Origin: a bacterium
GTDB taxonomy: Bacteria; Sumerlaeota; Sumerlaeia; MVZB01
Direction of reading: 5' to 3'
NCBI GenBank assembly: GCA_021372575.1
Contig: JAJFUE010000059.1
Span: 16,359 to 80,358 of the forward strand
Length of the DNA: 64,000 nucleotides
Shown here: piece after piece, positions 1 through 8,839 of the stretch
Position numbering within the stretch: position 1 is the first letter of the stretch
Layout of the letters: every line of letters starts with the position of its first letter
Translations under genes and position numbers: made by a program
Notes under the pieces: model-generated
The model's database searches: none
What the model was told of the DNA's origin: nothing
Seen by the model: only the letters and a program-made list of their open reading frames with translations

Positions 1-3000
1 TTCAGGTCTCCCCGTGTTGTGGCCGAAAGCGCCCCAACCATCATTGAAGTAAATCACATCGCACTGGCCCTCATTGCCCATAACAATGTCGTTGTGGCCG
101 TTACCATCCAGATCACCAATGGCAATTGCCGTCGTCCGATCATGTCCCGAGCCGATTCGATAGACACCTTCAAAACGATAATAAGGAACGGTCAGTGTAA
201 TGGATGTGCGATAAACGTAGCTGTATTCGCCATAGTTGCCGACGACCACATCCAATGCATCAGATGATGCTGTTGCCGAATCCGTACTGTTGAGATCTGC
301 GACTGCTATCGCTCTTGTGTGGGTATGCGGTATCGGATCATCAATATAATCAAGCGAGTCGAATGTATATGATTTATCGACCGGATACGTGATGGAGGCA
401 ACTCCACCCGGGAGTGTAGTGAGTTTGGGATAGAACAGTTTATTCGCCGCACCATTGAAGCCAACAAGCAGGGCCAGTCGTTCGGTGGTTTGCTGGTCCA
501 GCCGGCGGACATTGGCGATGGCGATTGCACTGACCGAACTCGCCGTATCGCCGATGTACGTTCCCTGATCAAATGTCGCGGACGATCTTTTGTCGGCATT
601 TTTTGCCGTGAAGTGCCAAGTATAAGGCGTTTCAAGCCTGGTAGATTCCCCAGCCACCTTGACTGCTGCAGGAACGGTGGCTTGAATCGTTTCGTGACGC
701 TCATAATCTCTTTCAGGATTGAGTGAAATCTGTCCGTTGGTTACGGTGGGATCCACCCGGAACCGCCCAGTCATTGAACCATAAGCAATAAGCGGAATGG
801 CTGGATCTGCGGGATCCACATTTTTGTTTAGATCAGCCGTAACATTGGCATCACGGACTACTTGTGTTGATTCCTCAGCAGGGTTCACTGAGGTCACCCA
901 AAAACCTTTGTAACTCAATTCGACACTATGATAATCGTCCATTGTGATTCTTAACGTATTTGTGGTTGGCCCCTCCTTGCCATCCACATACCAGCGCTTG
1001 AAGACTCCGCCGGTGACTGAGAAGTCAGCCGTCAGCCTCAACTCGGAATTCATCGGATACGTAACACTCGTCGCGACGTTCGCGCTTAAGGTGACACTCA
1101 CAGGCGCCGCGGTTCCACTCGTAATCTGAACGGAAGTCGCCACATTTGATTTTAACGTTAGAACCATATCCGGCAGTGGATGTTCGATCGGCGTTAGGTT
1201 CTGAACAATCGATGCATCTGCGGTCCCATAGAAGATTTCCGAGTCAGGTCCCACGGTAACGGTTTTTGTCTCGAGATGATCGCCCACCACTGTGTACATC
1301 AAAGCACTTGTCGTGTGTGCTGCCCAAGCAACTGCCCAGTGTCCTGATTGGTCCAGTGCAATCGGAGCCAGATCAAGCGATTGGGTAGTATCAACTGTTG
1401 CATCATACAATTTTTGTGCGGGGGTCCAGGTGAGCCCGTTATCAATGGATTGGCTACACTTGAGCGTCTCGGTTGTCGCAGAGGTGCAATTTGTCCAAAT
1501 CACAAACCAATTGCCGTTGCCATCGGTTTCGACCGTGGGTTTGGAATCGAGCGAATTGATATCATCAGTAGCAGCGTCGGAATTAACCAACACTGGATTG
1601 GACCAAGTCTGACCATCATCCAGTGAGGTAGCAGCCACGATGTCCGAGTCGTGACCCTTGTTTAAGATTCCAAAAGTGGACTGACATGTGGACCATGTGG
1701 CGACCCATACCCCATTTTGATTAGTCGCAATGGAAGGTCTGGTATCTGCACCTACAGTCAAATCCGCATCGATTACATTCTCCGGATTTTCGATGGGTGG
1801 CTGTTCATCATAGGCGGCGTTTGTATTGAGCGGAGCTGCCGGTGACCATGTTGCCCCGCCGTCTGTTGAGCGACTGAATAAAATATCAAAGTCCAGTCCA
1901 AGATTATTCGTTTCGGTTCTCGTCGTGTTTGAGTCCCAAGCGCATAACCATGTCCCGGTCCGAGAATACTTTAGTGTTGGATTTTCATCCCTGCTGCGCA
2001 TGACCTCGCCATTGCTCAGCCAAAGAGATGCCGTTGTATGACGGTCGATCAGGTCCGTTTGTGCCGTGGAGCTGAGCGCAGTCGTTGTTGTCCATGATGT
2101 CCCATTATTTATCGAAATCGAATAGAACAGGTCCATATCCGGACCATATTCATCCTGAACAGGTCCGGTTGGATCCATTGATGCAGATCGCCAAACAACA
2201 ATCCATCTTCCGGCACCATCTGTTGCAATCGATTCGGGGGAATCGGTACGGTTGTCGGTATGCGCATTGGTATTGACGGTCCTGGCCGTTGACCAAGTAG
2301 TCCCATTATCGGAAGAATACGAAGCAAGCAGATCTGCATCGGTTCCCGGCGTGGGAGTGCCGTTATAAATATGATAGTACGACTTCCAAGTCACAAGCCA
2401 GCCGCCGTGGCCATCAGCAGCAAGATGAGGTTCGGTGTCCGAATTTGGACTCGCACTGTTGTCAACCTCAGCCGTGCTGTTAATCACACGAGGCGCATTC
2501 CAGCGCAGCGGGGCGCCTTCCTGAGAGCCGGCCATTAAAATTTCGTAGTCATTTTCATCGCTTGAGGAAGCAAGATGATTCGAATTCCATGCCGCCATCC
2601 AATGACCGGCATTATCCGTTGCAATCGCCGGATGCTCATCTTCGCCTGTATCGGTCTCGGCATTCGTATTAAGAACAAATGCCTTCCCGAATCCCAGGTT
2701 CAACGCCAGATTGTAATAAATCGCATTGTAACCGCCGAAATTCACCTCGACGACATCCAAGTCCCTGTTCTGGTCCTCGCCCATATCAGCCAGAGCAATG
2801 TCAGGGGTGGAATCATCAGCGCTCCCGAATTCACGCACACCCTCATTAAACTCGCCGAATCCACCGTTGAGGTACACTACGCCACGATTACCATACGGCA
2901 AGGCTGCGGCGTCAAGGTCGCCATCGCCATCAACATCTCCCAGGATAATCTTCGTTAAAATCGAACTATTCGTCCCCAAAGTATGGGTCGTTGAGCCTTC

Positions 3001-6000
3001 ACCACCGAATCCGGCCGCATGGTCATTCAAATATACGATGTTACCTGCACCCGAACTGCAAACAATATCCAGATACTCATCGTGGTTGAGATCGCCAAGC
3101 GCGAGAGCGGCCGTTGCGGTCTCTGGTCCGAATTTAATCACGCCTGCCGATATTTCATCCTGTGGGAAAACACCACTTCCGTTGTTCAGGTAAATGATAG
3201 TTCCGTTCTGATTGCCTGTAAGAACGTCGAGGCTGCCGTCACCGTTCAGATCGCCCAGCTTAAGTGTTGAGGTTTGCGCATCTGTTCCTCCAACATAACG
3301 TATTTGGCTGAATGCAATTAAGCCAGAGGCGTCATTGATCAAAATCATATTGCGTCCGCCTGCACAGCCCACAGCCAGATCAATCCAGCCGTCTCCGTTG
3401 ATATCGCCGCAATCAAGCGAACTCACGTATCCTGCTGATAATCCCAAATCAACTCGGTAAGCAGTTGAGAACGATACAGGCGTCCCTCCTAGATTCCTCA
3501 TTACCCAGACAATTCCCGCCGAATCGAGAACGACGATATCAAGCCGGTTATCGCGATCGATATCGGCAAGCTGAAGGCCTGACGGCATAATCTCTTTCAA
3601 TTCGAGCTTGATCACATTGCTTGAGGTGTCATCGTCCAATTTACCTGCGCCATCGTTCAAATATACCCGTAATGGATCATACGCACAGGCGACCACCACA
3701 TCGATCTTCCCATCACCGTTTAGATCGCCAACCGCTGTTTGCCGGGCCATATTATAACCGGAACCAAAAGTATCCATATCCCTGTCATAATAAGCAGAGG
3801 CGCTGCCCGTCTGATTAGTGAATCGCCAAACGAACGGTTTTTGTAAAGCCAATCCTCCAGTACTCAAAACGCTTGAAGTGATTGTAACCTCGGCCATTTC
3901 TCCGGGCTTTAAGCCTGTAACTGAACTCGAGATCTCTGCCAGATTAACATTCGGATTGAGAATCAGAGCACCTTGATATGATCTTTGGATACTCAAAGTC
4001 CCTGTTGAGACATTTTCGGCCCGAACTTCTCTGTTGAACCGTGCCATAATGTCCAATCTGGATGTTGCACTGGTATCCGGATCATTTTGCGGAGGCACCA
4101 CCAGACTGACATGCATGCCCGAAGCCGCCCCGGTTGAGGCGCTGGCTTCATTTGAGAAAATGCCAACACCAGTTGACAACCTGGGCCGAACCACGAACCG
4201 ATATTCTGTTCCAGGCTGCAATCCATTGAATTCATACTTCCGGTCCAAACGATTCTGAAGCGTCTCGTAAAACTGATACGATTCGGAAGTTGCCAGTCGA
4301 TACCATATCTCCCAAGCTGTAGCCAGATTCTCGGAGTATGTCCAGGTCAGGTCGATGCGGGTGTCGGATACAGCCTGGGCCGACAATTGGACTGGATTTG
4401 AGCGGGACTGAACATCTCCTTTTAAGAACAAATTGCCATTCAGGTCGATACTGGATACGACCTGCCCCAGGTTATCGATCGTAAAAAGATCGCTATCGAG
4501 AGGTTGAGTCAATCTGGCGACTTCGCCTTTCAGATATATGTTACCTATCGTGTCGGGAATATTTTTACCACCCAGATCGATCAGTGAAATGATCCGATCC
4601 CCATTATAGAGAATCCACCATTCCTGGTTCTGGTCCGCGGCGAGCGTATTCAGAATCGATTCCGGCACATGCTCGCTGAGATAACCATGCGTTCGCAAAT
4701 TGCCGGCGGTATCAAACTCTACAAATGGATATCCCGAATAAATGTCATTGAACGATGCCAACGTGGATGATGGATCGTATAGCGGCTCGTTGTTGTCCCA
4801 GATTGAAACGACGGACGTTGTGTTTGACCCAAGCTGTGCATGATCAGGTGTTCCAATCGTAATCTGAATCGACTCCTCATTTTCACGCACACCGTCCGTT
4901 GTGCCTTGAATAACAATGGCTCCTTGTGTTTGCCCCGCCGGTATTACCAGGGGACTTGCGGCGATATTATAGTCACCCGCGCTTGTTCCCGGCCCCAGAG
5001 TTACCGTAAATGGAATCGAAATATCATAACCACTGGCCGCGGATAACCTCACAATAACTGTCCTGCCATGCCCCTCGGCCACCCACGATTGCGATTCGAT
5101 CGTCACTGTCGGCGGATCGTCATTATCCTGGATCGTGTAAGTGGAAGATGAAGGCGTCCCGAGCGACACGTTGACGGGGTCCGTCAGGTTGACCACAACA
5201 GTCTCGTCCGGCTCATCCATCGTGTCGTCATTGATCGTGAGCGTGATCTGTTTACTTGTCTCACCCATGCCAAACGATAGCGGACTGCTGGGACTTGATG
5301 AATAATCGATCCCGCCACCGGTTGCTGTTGATCCGTTGAAATTAAATGGCACAGTGATGGGCATCCCGGAGGGTGCCGATAATGTCACCGTCAGAACTTT
5401 GGTCGTAACGTCTTCATTGCCGGAGCTGTTTGATGTAATCGTCACGCTGGGCGGATCATCGTCATCGATGACTGTGTAAGTGGCGATATACGGGCTGCCC
5501 AAGTTGGCGTTGGTCGGAGCGCCCAAAGTAATTATGAGCGTTTCGTCCGGCTCATCCACGCCATCGGGCGTGAAAGTCACGTTAATGTTCTGGGACGTCT
5601 GTCCCGAGCTAAATGTCAATGGAGTTGCAGTGTTGATCGTATATTCACCGGTACCGAGCGTTCCACCCGCGCTAAATGGCACCGTGATCGTCTTGCCCGA
5701 TGCCGCCGACAGCGAAACAGTGAACATCTTGCTTGTCGAACTCTCGCTGCCGGAACTGGTTGCGGGTGATATCGATACCGTCGGCGGGTCGTCATCATCC
5801 TGGATTGTATACGTGGCGCTGCTTGGCGAGCCCATCGTGGCATTCGTTGGCGTCCCCAGGCTTATGACGACAGTTTCGTCGTCCTCGTCCACGCTGTCAT
5901 TTGTAATTGTTAATGTGATTTGCTTGCTTGTCTCGTTGGCCGCAAATGAAAGCGGGCTGGCAGGACTGATTGAAGAATAATCGCTCCCTGATGTTGCCGT

Positions 6001-6909
6001 GCCACTCACGCTGTAAGGCACACTGATCGCTTTCCCCGAAGCTGCCGAGAGTGAAACTGTAAAGACTTTGGTTAACGTGCTCTCGCTGCCCGAACTGGTC
6101 GCTGGGGTTATGCTGACTGTTGGCGGATTGTCGTTGTCCTGGATCGTATAAGTAAAAGACGAAGGCGATCCAAGTGTCGCATTCGTTGGGGTTCCCAGAC
6201 CAACAATGATCGTTTCATCATCCTCGTCCAGTGCATCATCGATGATCCATAGTTGCATGCTACCACTCAGCTGGCCGGCTGGTATCGTGATCGGATTGTC
6301 CCCCGGATAGCTAGGCGCGTAATCAGTTCCATTTGTGGCCGTCCCGCCTGTGATGGTGAATGGCACCGTAACTGATTTGCCCGAAACGGCCGACAACGTA
6401 GCGGTCACCGTTTTAAGCGCGGTGCTTTCGTTGCCCGAACTGCTTGATGAAATCGAAATTGTGGGTGGATTGTCGTTATCCTGAATCGTGTACGTCGAAC
6501 TCGAGGGTGAGCCGAGAGTCGCATTTGTCGGTGTCCCGAGATCGATCACGATGGTTTCGTCATTTTCATCGAGAGCATCATCATAGATCGTCAACGTGAT
6601 ATCATGAGTCGTCTGGCCAGGATTGAAAATCAGTGGGCTTGAGCTGATCGAATAATCAGTACCACCTCCAGTTGCCGTGCTGGAAGCATTTACACTAAAC
6701 GGCACGGTGATTGTTTGAGCCGATGACATGGAAAGCGAGACCGTGATATACTTTGTCGTTACACTCTCGCTGCCCGAACTCGATGCGATTGAAACATAGA
6801 CAGTCGGAGGCGGGCATGCCTGTACTGTTAAATCTTTGGCCACGCACCCAAACAGACTTACCAGCAGCACAAGCCGCCAAATATTCGCCGAACAGGAAGA
6901 AATCTTCAT
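1..6909 (-). CDS. Giant cell-surface protein, 3' end truncated by window edge: signal peptide with possible lipobox (MKISSCSANIWRLVLLVSLFGC), about 5 tandem Calx-beta domains, FG-GAP/VCBS-like repeats, BNR/Asp-box (SxDxGxTW) repeats
   Basis: ATG at 6909-6907 (minus). The frame stays open to position 1 and the ORF track lists no stop-terminated minus ORF covering 1-6900, consistent with an ORF that runs off the window edge. Calx-beta signature (DDxxxExDEtivixL...ysIqDnDnpPT) repeated about every 345 bp between about 5100 and 6800. Asp-box motifs such as SSDNGTTWS, SINNGTSWT, STDGGATWS, SLDDGQTWS, SIDNGLTWT in 1300-2700. Confidence 0.55.
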   Translation of the reverse strand, partial: MKISSCSANIWRLVLLVSLFGCVAKDLTVQACPPPTVYVSIASSSGSESVTTKYITVSLSMSSAQTITVPFSVNASSTATGGGTDYSISSSPLIFNPGQTTHDITLTIYDDALDENDETIVIDLGTPTNATLGSPSSSTYTIQDNDNPPTISISSSSSGNESTALKTVTATLSAVSGKSVTVPFTITGGTATNGTDYAPSYPGDNPITIPAGQLSGSMQLWIIDDALDEDDETIIVGLGTPTNATLGSPSSFTYTIQDNDNPPTVSITPATSSGSESTLTKVFTVSLSAASGKAISVPYSVSGTATSGSDYSSISPASPLSFAANETSKQITLTITNDSVDEDDETVVISLGTPTNATMGSPSSATYTIQDDDDPPTVSISPATSSGSESSTSKMFTVSLSAASGKTITVPFSAGGTLGTGEYTINTATPLTFSSGQTSQNINVTFTPDGVDEPDETLIITLGAPTNANLGSPYIATYTVIDDDDPPSVTITSNSSGNEDVTTKVLTVTLSAPSGMPITVPFNFNGSTATGGGIDYSSSPSSPLSFGMGETSKQITLTINDDTMDEPDETVVVNLTDPVNVSLGTPSSSTYTIQDNDDPPTVTIESQSWVAEGHGRTVIVRLSAASGYDISIPFTVTLGPGTSAGDYNIAASPLVIPAGQTQGAIVIQGTTDGVRENEESIQITIGTPDHAQLGSNTTSVVSIWDNNEPLYDPSSTLASFNDIYSGYPFVEFDTAGNLRTHGYLSEHVPESILNTLAADQNQEWWILYNGDRIISLIDLGGKNIPDTIGNIYLKGEVARLTQPLDSDLFTIDNLGQVVSSIDLNGNLFLKGDVQSRSNPVQLSAQAVSDTRIDLTWTYSENLATAWEIWYRLATSESYQFYETLQNRLDRKYEFNGLQPGTEYRFVVRPRLSTGVGIFSNEASASTGAASGMHVSLVVPPQNDPDTSATSRLDIMARFNREVRAENVSTGTLSIQRSYQGALILNPNVNLAEISSSVTGLKPGEMAEVTITSSVLSTGGLALQKPFVWRFTNQTGSASAYYDRDMDTFGSGYNMARQTAVGDLNGDGKIDVVVACAYDPLRVYLNDGAGKLDDDTSSNVIKLELKEIMPSGLQLADIDRDNRLDIVVLDSAGIVWVMRNLGGTPVSFSTAYRVDLGLSAGYVSSLDCGDINGDGWIDLAVGCAGGRNMILINDASGLIAFSQIRYVGGTDAQTSTLKLGDLNGDGSLDVLTGNQNGTIIYLNNGSGVFPQDEISAGVIKFGPETATAALALGDLNHDEYLDIVCSSGAGNIVYLNDHAAGFGGEGSTTHTLGTNSSILTKIILGDVDGDGDLDAAALPYGNRGVVYLNGGFGEFNEGVREFGSADDSTPDIALADMGEDQNRDLDVVEVNFGGYNAIYYNLALNLGFGKAFVLNTNAETDTGEDEHPAIATDNAGHWMAAWNSNHLASSSDENDYEILMAGSQEGAPLRWNAPRVINSTAEVDNSASPNSDTEPHLAADGHGGWLVTWKSYYHIYNGTPTPGTDADLLASYSSDNGTTWSTARTVNTNAHTDNRTDSPESIATDGAGRWIVVWRSASMDPTGPVQDEYGPDMDLFYSISINNGTSWTTTTALSSTAQTDLIDRHTTASLWLSNGEVMRSRDENPTLKYSRTGTWLCAWDSNTTRTETNNLGLDFDILFSRSTDGGATWSPAAPLNTNAAYDEQPPIENPENVIDADLTVGADTRPSIATNQNGVWVATWSTCQSTFGILNKGHDSDIVAATSLDDGQTWSNPVLVNSDAATDDINSLDSKPTVETDGNGNWFVIWTNCTSATTETLKCSQSIDNGLTWTPAQKLYDATVDTTQSLDLAPIALDQSGHWAVAWAAHTTSALMYTVVGDHLETKTVTVGPDSEIFYGTADASIVQNLTPIEHPLPDMVLTLKSNVATSVQITSGTAAPVSVTLSANVATSVTYPMNSELRLTADFSVTGGVFKRWYVDGKEGPTTNTLRITMDDYHSVELSYKGFWVTSVNPAEESTQVVRDANVTADLNKNVDPADPAIPLIAYGSMTGRFRVDPTVTNGQISLNPERDYERHETIQATVPAAVKVAGESTRLETPYTWHFTAKNADKRSSATFDQGTYIGDTASSVSAIAIANVRRLDQQTTERLALLVGFNGAANKLFYPKLTTLPGGVASITYPVDKSYTFDSLDYIDDPIPHTHTRAIAVADLNSTDSATASSDALDVVVGNYGEYSYVYRTSITLTVPYYRFEGVYRIGSGHDRTTAIAIGDLDGNGHNDIVMGNEGQCDVIYFNDGWGAFGHNTGRPE
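5100..6800 (-). repeat. Intragenic tandem repeats (period about 345 bp, about 5 copies) encoding Calx-beta domains
   Basis: Recurrent DNA and protein blocks ending ...LGSPSS.TYTIQD(N/D)D(N/D)PPT. Confidence 0.5.
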
Positions 6910-7041
6910 GGTTTTCGCCTCAATCGAGTGTTTCGGGCGCAAGACTCTGTCCACACTTAATAAAATCAATCTTACGGTCTGCCTGAAACCCTCGGCATAC
7001 CTGTTGACGGGAATGCCGAGGGACTCATGGAATATCCGCGA

Positions 7042-8793
7042 TTACAATTTGACGGCGTTTCCCTGATCGGGTGCTTTGGCTTCGCGATGAGCCTTGATCT
7101 CACTGATCAGTTGAGGCAGTTTCATGCTGGTTTTCTGCCCATGTTTCATTCTGGATTTGACCCAATTGGGGAGATCGGGATACTTCTGTTCAATCTTGCC
7201 GAAGTCCACATCGGCGACCGTGGGTTCACGGTATAGATCGCCATCCTTGAAGATCCATCCGTCTTTCAGCTTCTTCACTTTTTTCCCGGTCTTGACCTTC
7301 GTTTGCGTAACGACTTCATTTTCAATGGGAATCACCTTGCCGGACGCAAGATCCAATTCCCTCGTTTTGATCTTCTTGGTCTCGCGAATCACTTTAAAAT
7401 CATCTACCATTTCGACAGCTTCGGCCGGCAGATGCCCATTATCCGGAATCGGAACCTTGATCATCGGCATCGAGCCGAGCTCGCTGAGCACTAAATCGAC
7501 GCGGCGGTCATCTAGTGTCTTCGTTTTTTCCGGCTTCAGATCGTAATCATAAATGAGCCTTCCCTCTTTTTCGCCAAGCTCAGCTTTCATTTTCCGTTCC
7601 AAATACCGCATGGCTTTTGCCATGTCTATGACCTCGCCTTTGCCAATATATTCATTTTCATGGTGGAACGAGAACGGAAGGGCGACGTCGCCGTCGGCGA
7701 ACGAGGTTACGGCTTGCGGATCAATATCGGACGGATTGAAGTGCGACGATAATTGGGTATGATTCCCATTCGCGTCTTGCCCATGCACACCGTTGGCATC
7801 GGCATATAATCCGCCCCGCATTGTGTAGGAAGTGGCTGGATCGCGGAACATGATTCGTCCACACACATCAAGCGCATTGAACGGTCTGTATCCGGGAGGA
7901 AGCTTAATCCCCACGTTGCCGATAGATGTGAATGAGTTTGTTTCCGTGCTGACATTCAGCGCGGCTTGGAATGGAACGGCATCACCAGCCGCGCCGGCTG
8001 GAGCGACTTCCAGCATCACCGCTTTTGCATTTCCATCAATGTAAAAAGATGCAGCAGGCGCATCTCTTGGATCGTTTAGAACTTCGGGATTCTCCCAATT
8101 AACAGGATAATCGTGATAATTGCTGATGTATTGAGGCGTGCAGATGCTCGTGCTGGGATCATAGGTATAAGTAGCATTAAACAGCATGCGCTTCCCGTTG
8201 CCGGCATTGAAAAAAGTGATCGGTTCCACATTATAGATTTGAAAAGATGAGTACAATAAACTGTGATCCTGAACACCAGGATCTTGATTCCCGAAAATTG
8301 CCATATCGCCAATGCCGACGGATCCATTCTTGTCGATCTTGATTCCTTTGAAACCACTGTGTCCGTCGTTAACAAATTTCAATTCATTATCATGGAGAGC
8401 TTGGAATGTGAGCCCCAGAGTGTTTGGATAAAAAGAGCCATCGGTTGCCATCAGGCCATATGTTATTTGGCCTACCTCCGTGGTACCGAAAGGCATTTCC
8501 GCTCCCAAACCACCATTGGGAATTCTCACGGCTGCCGCATTTGCGCTGCCTGCATTTAAACTGCCGGCGCTAACATTGCCATCGGTGGTAATGCTACCGC
8601 CGCTCACGCTACCGGAAGCAGTCACATTTCCAGCACTTACAGTGCCCGTGGTTGACACGCTGGATGCCTGCACCTCGCCAACGGACACAATGTTGCCCTT
8701 CATTTTCATCGCGCTTGACTGGGCAAAAGCAAAACCGCAGCCAATTCCCAAAATCACTCCCGCCACCTGCATCATCCGGCATAGCGAGTTCAT
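7042..8793 (-). CDS. Secreted hypothetical protein (583 aa) with N-terminal signal peptide and Gly/Ser/Thr-rich repeats
   Basis: ORF track; hydrophobic N-terminus MNSLCRMMQVAGVILGIGCGFAFAQS; no recognised catalytic motif. Confidence 0.5.
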   Translation of the reverse strand: MNSLCRMMQVAGVILGIGCGFAFAQSSAMKMKGNIVSVGEVQASSVSTTGTVSAGNVTASGSVSGGSITTDGNVSAGSLNAGSANAAAVRIPNGGLGAEMPFGTTEVGQITYGLMATDGSFYPNTLGLTFQALHDNELKFVNDGHSGFKGIKIDKNGSVGIGDMAIFGNQDPGVQDHSLLYSSFQIYNVEPITFFNAGNGKRMLFNATYTYDPSTSICTPQYISNYHDYPVNWENPEVLNDPRDAPAASFYIDGNAKAVMLEVAPAGAAGDAVPFQAALNVSTETNSFTSIGNVGIKLPPGYRPFNALDVCGRIMFRDPATSYTMRGGLYADANGVHGQDANGNHTQLSSHFNPSDIDPQAVTSFADGDVALPFSFHHENEYIGKGEVIDMAKAMRYLERKMKAELGEKEGRLIYDYDLKPEKTKTLDDRRVDLVLSELGSMPMIKVPIPDNGHLPAEAVEMVDDFKVIRETKKIKTRELDLASGKVIPIENEVVTQTKVKTGKKVKKLKDGWIFKDGDLYREPTVADVDFGKIEQKYPDLPNWVKSRMKHGQKTSMKLPQLISEIKAHREAKAPDQGNAVKL

Positions 8794-8839
8794 ATCACTT
8801 TCTCCTTGTTCTATGAATCTGCTTGAAGTGTTCCCTTAT

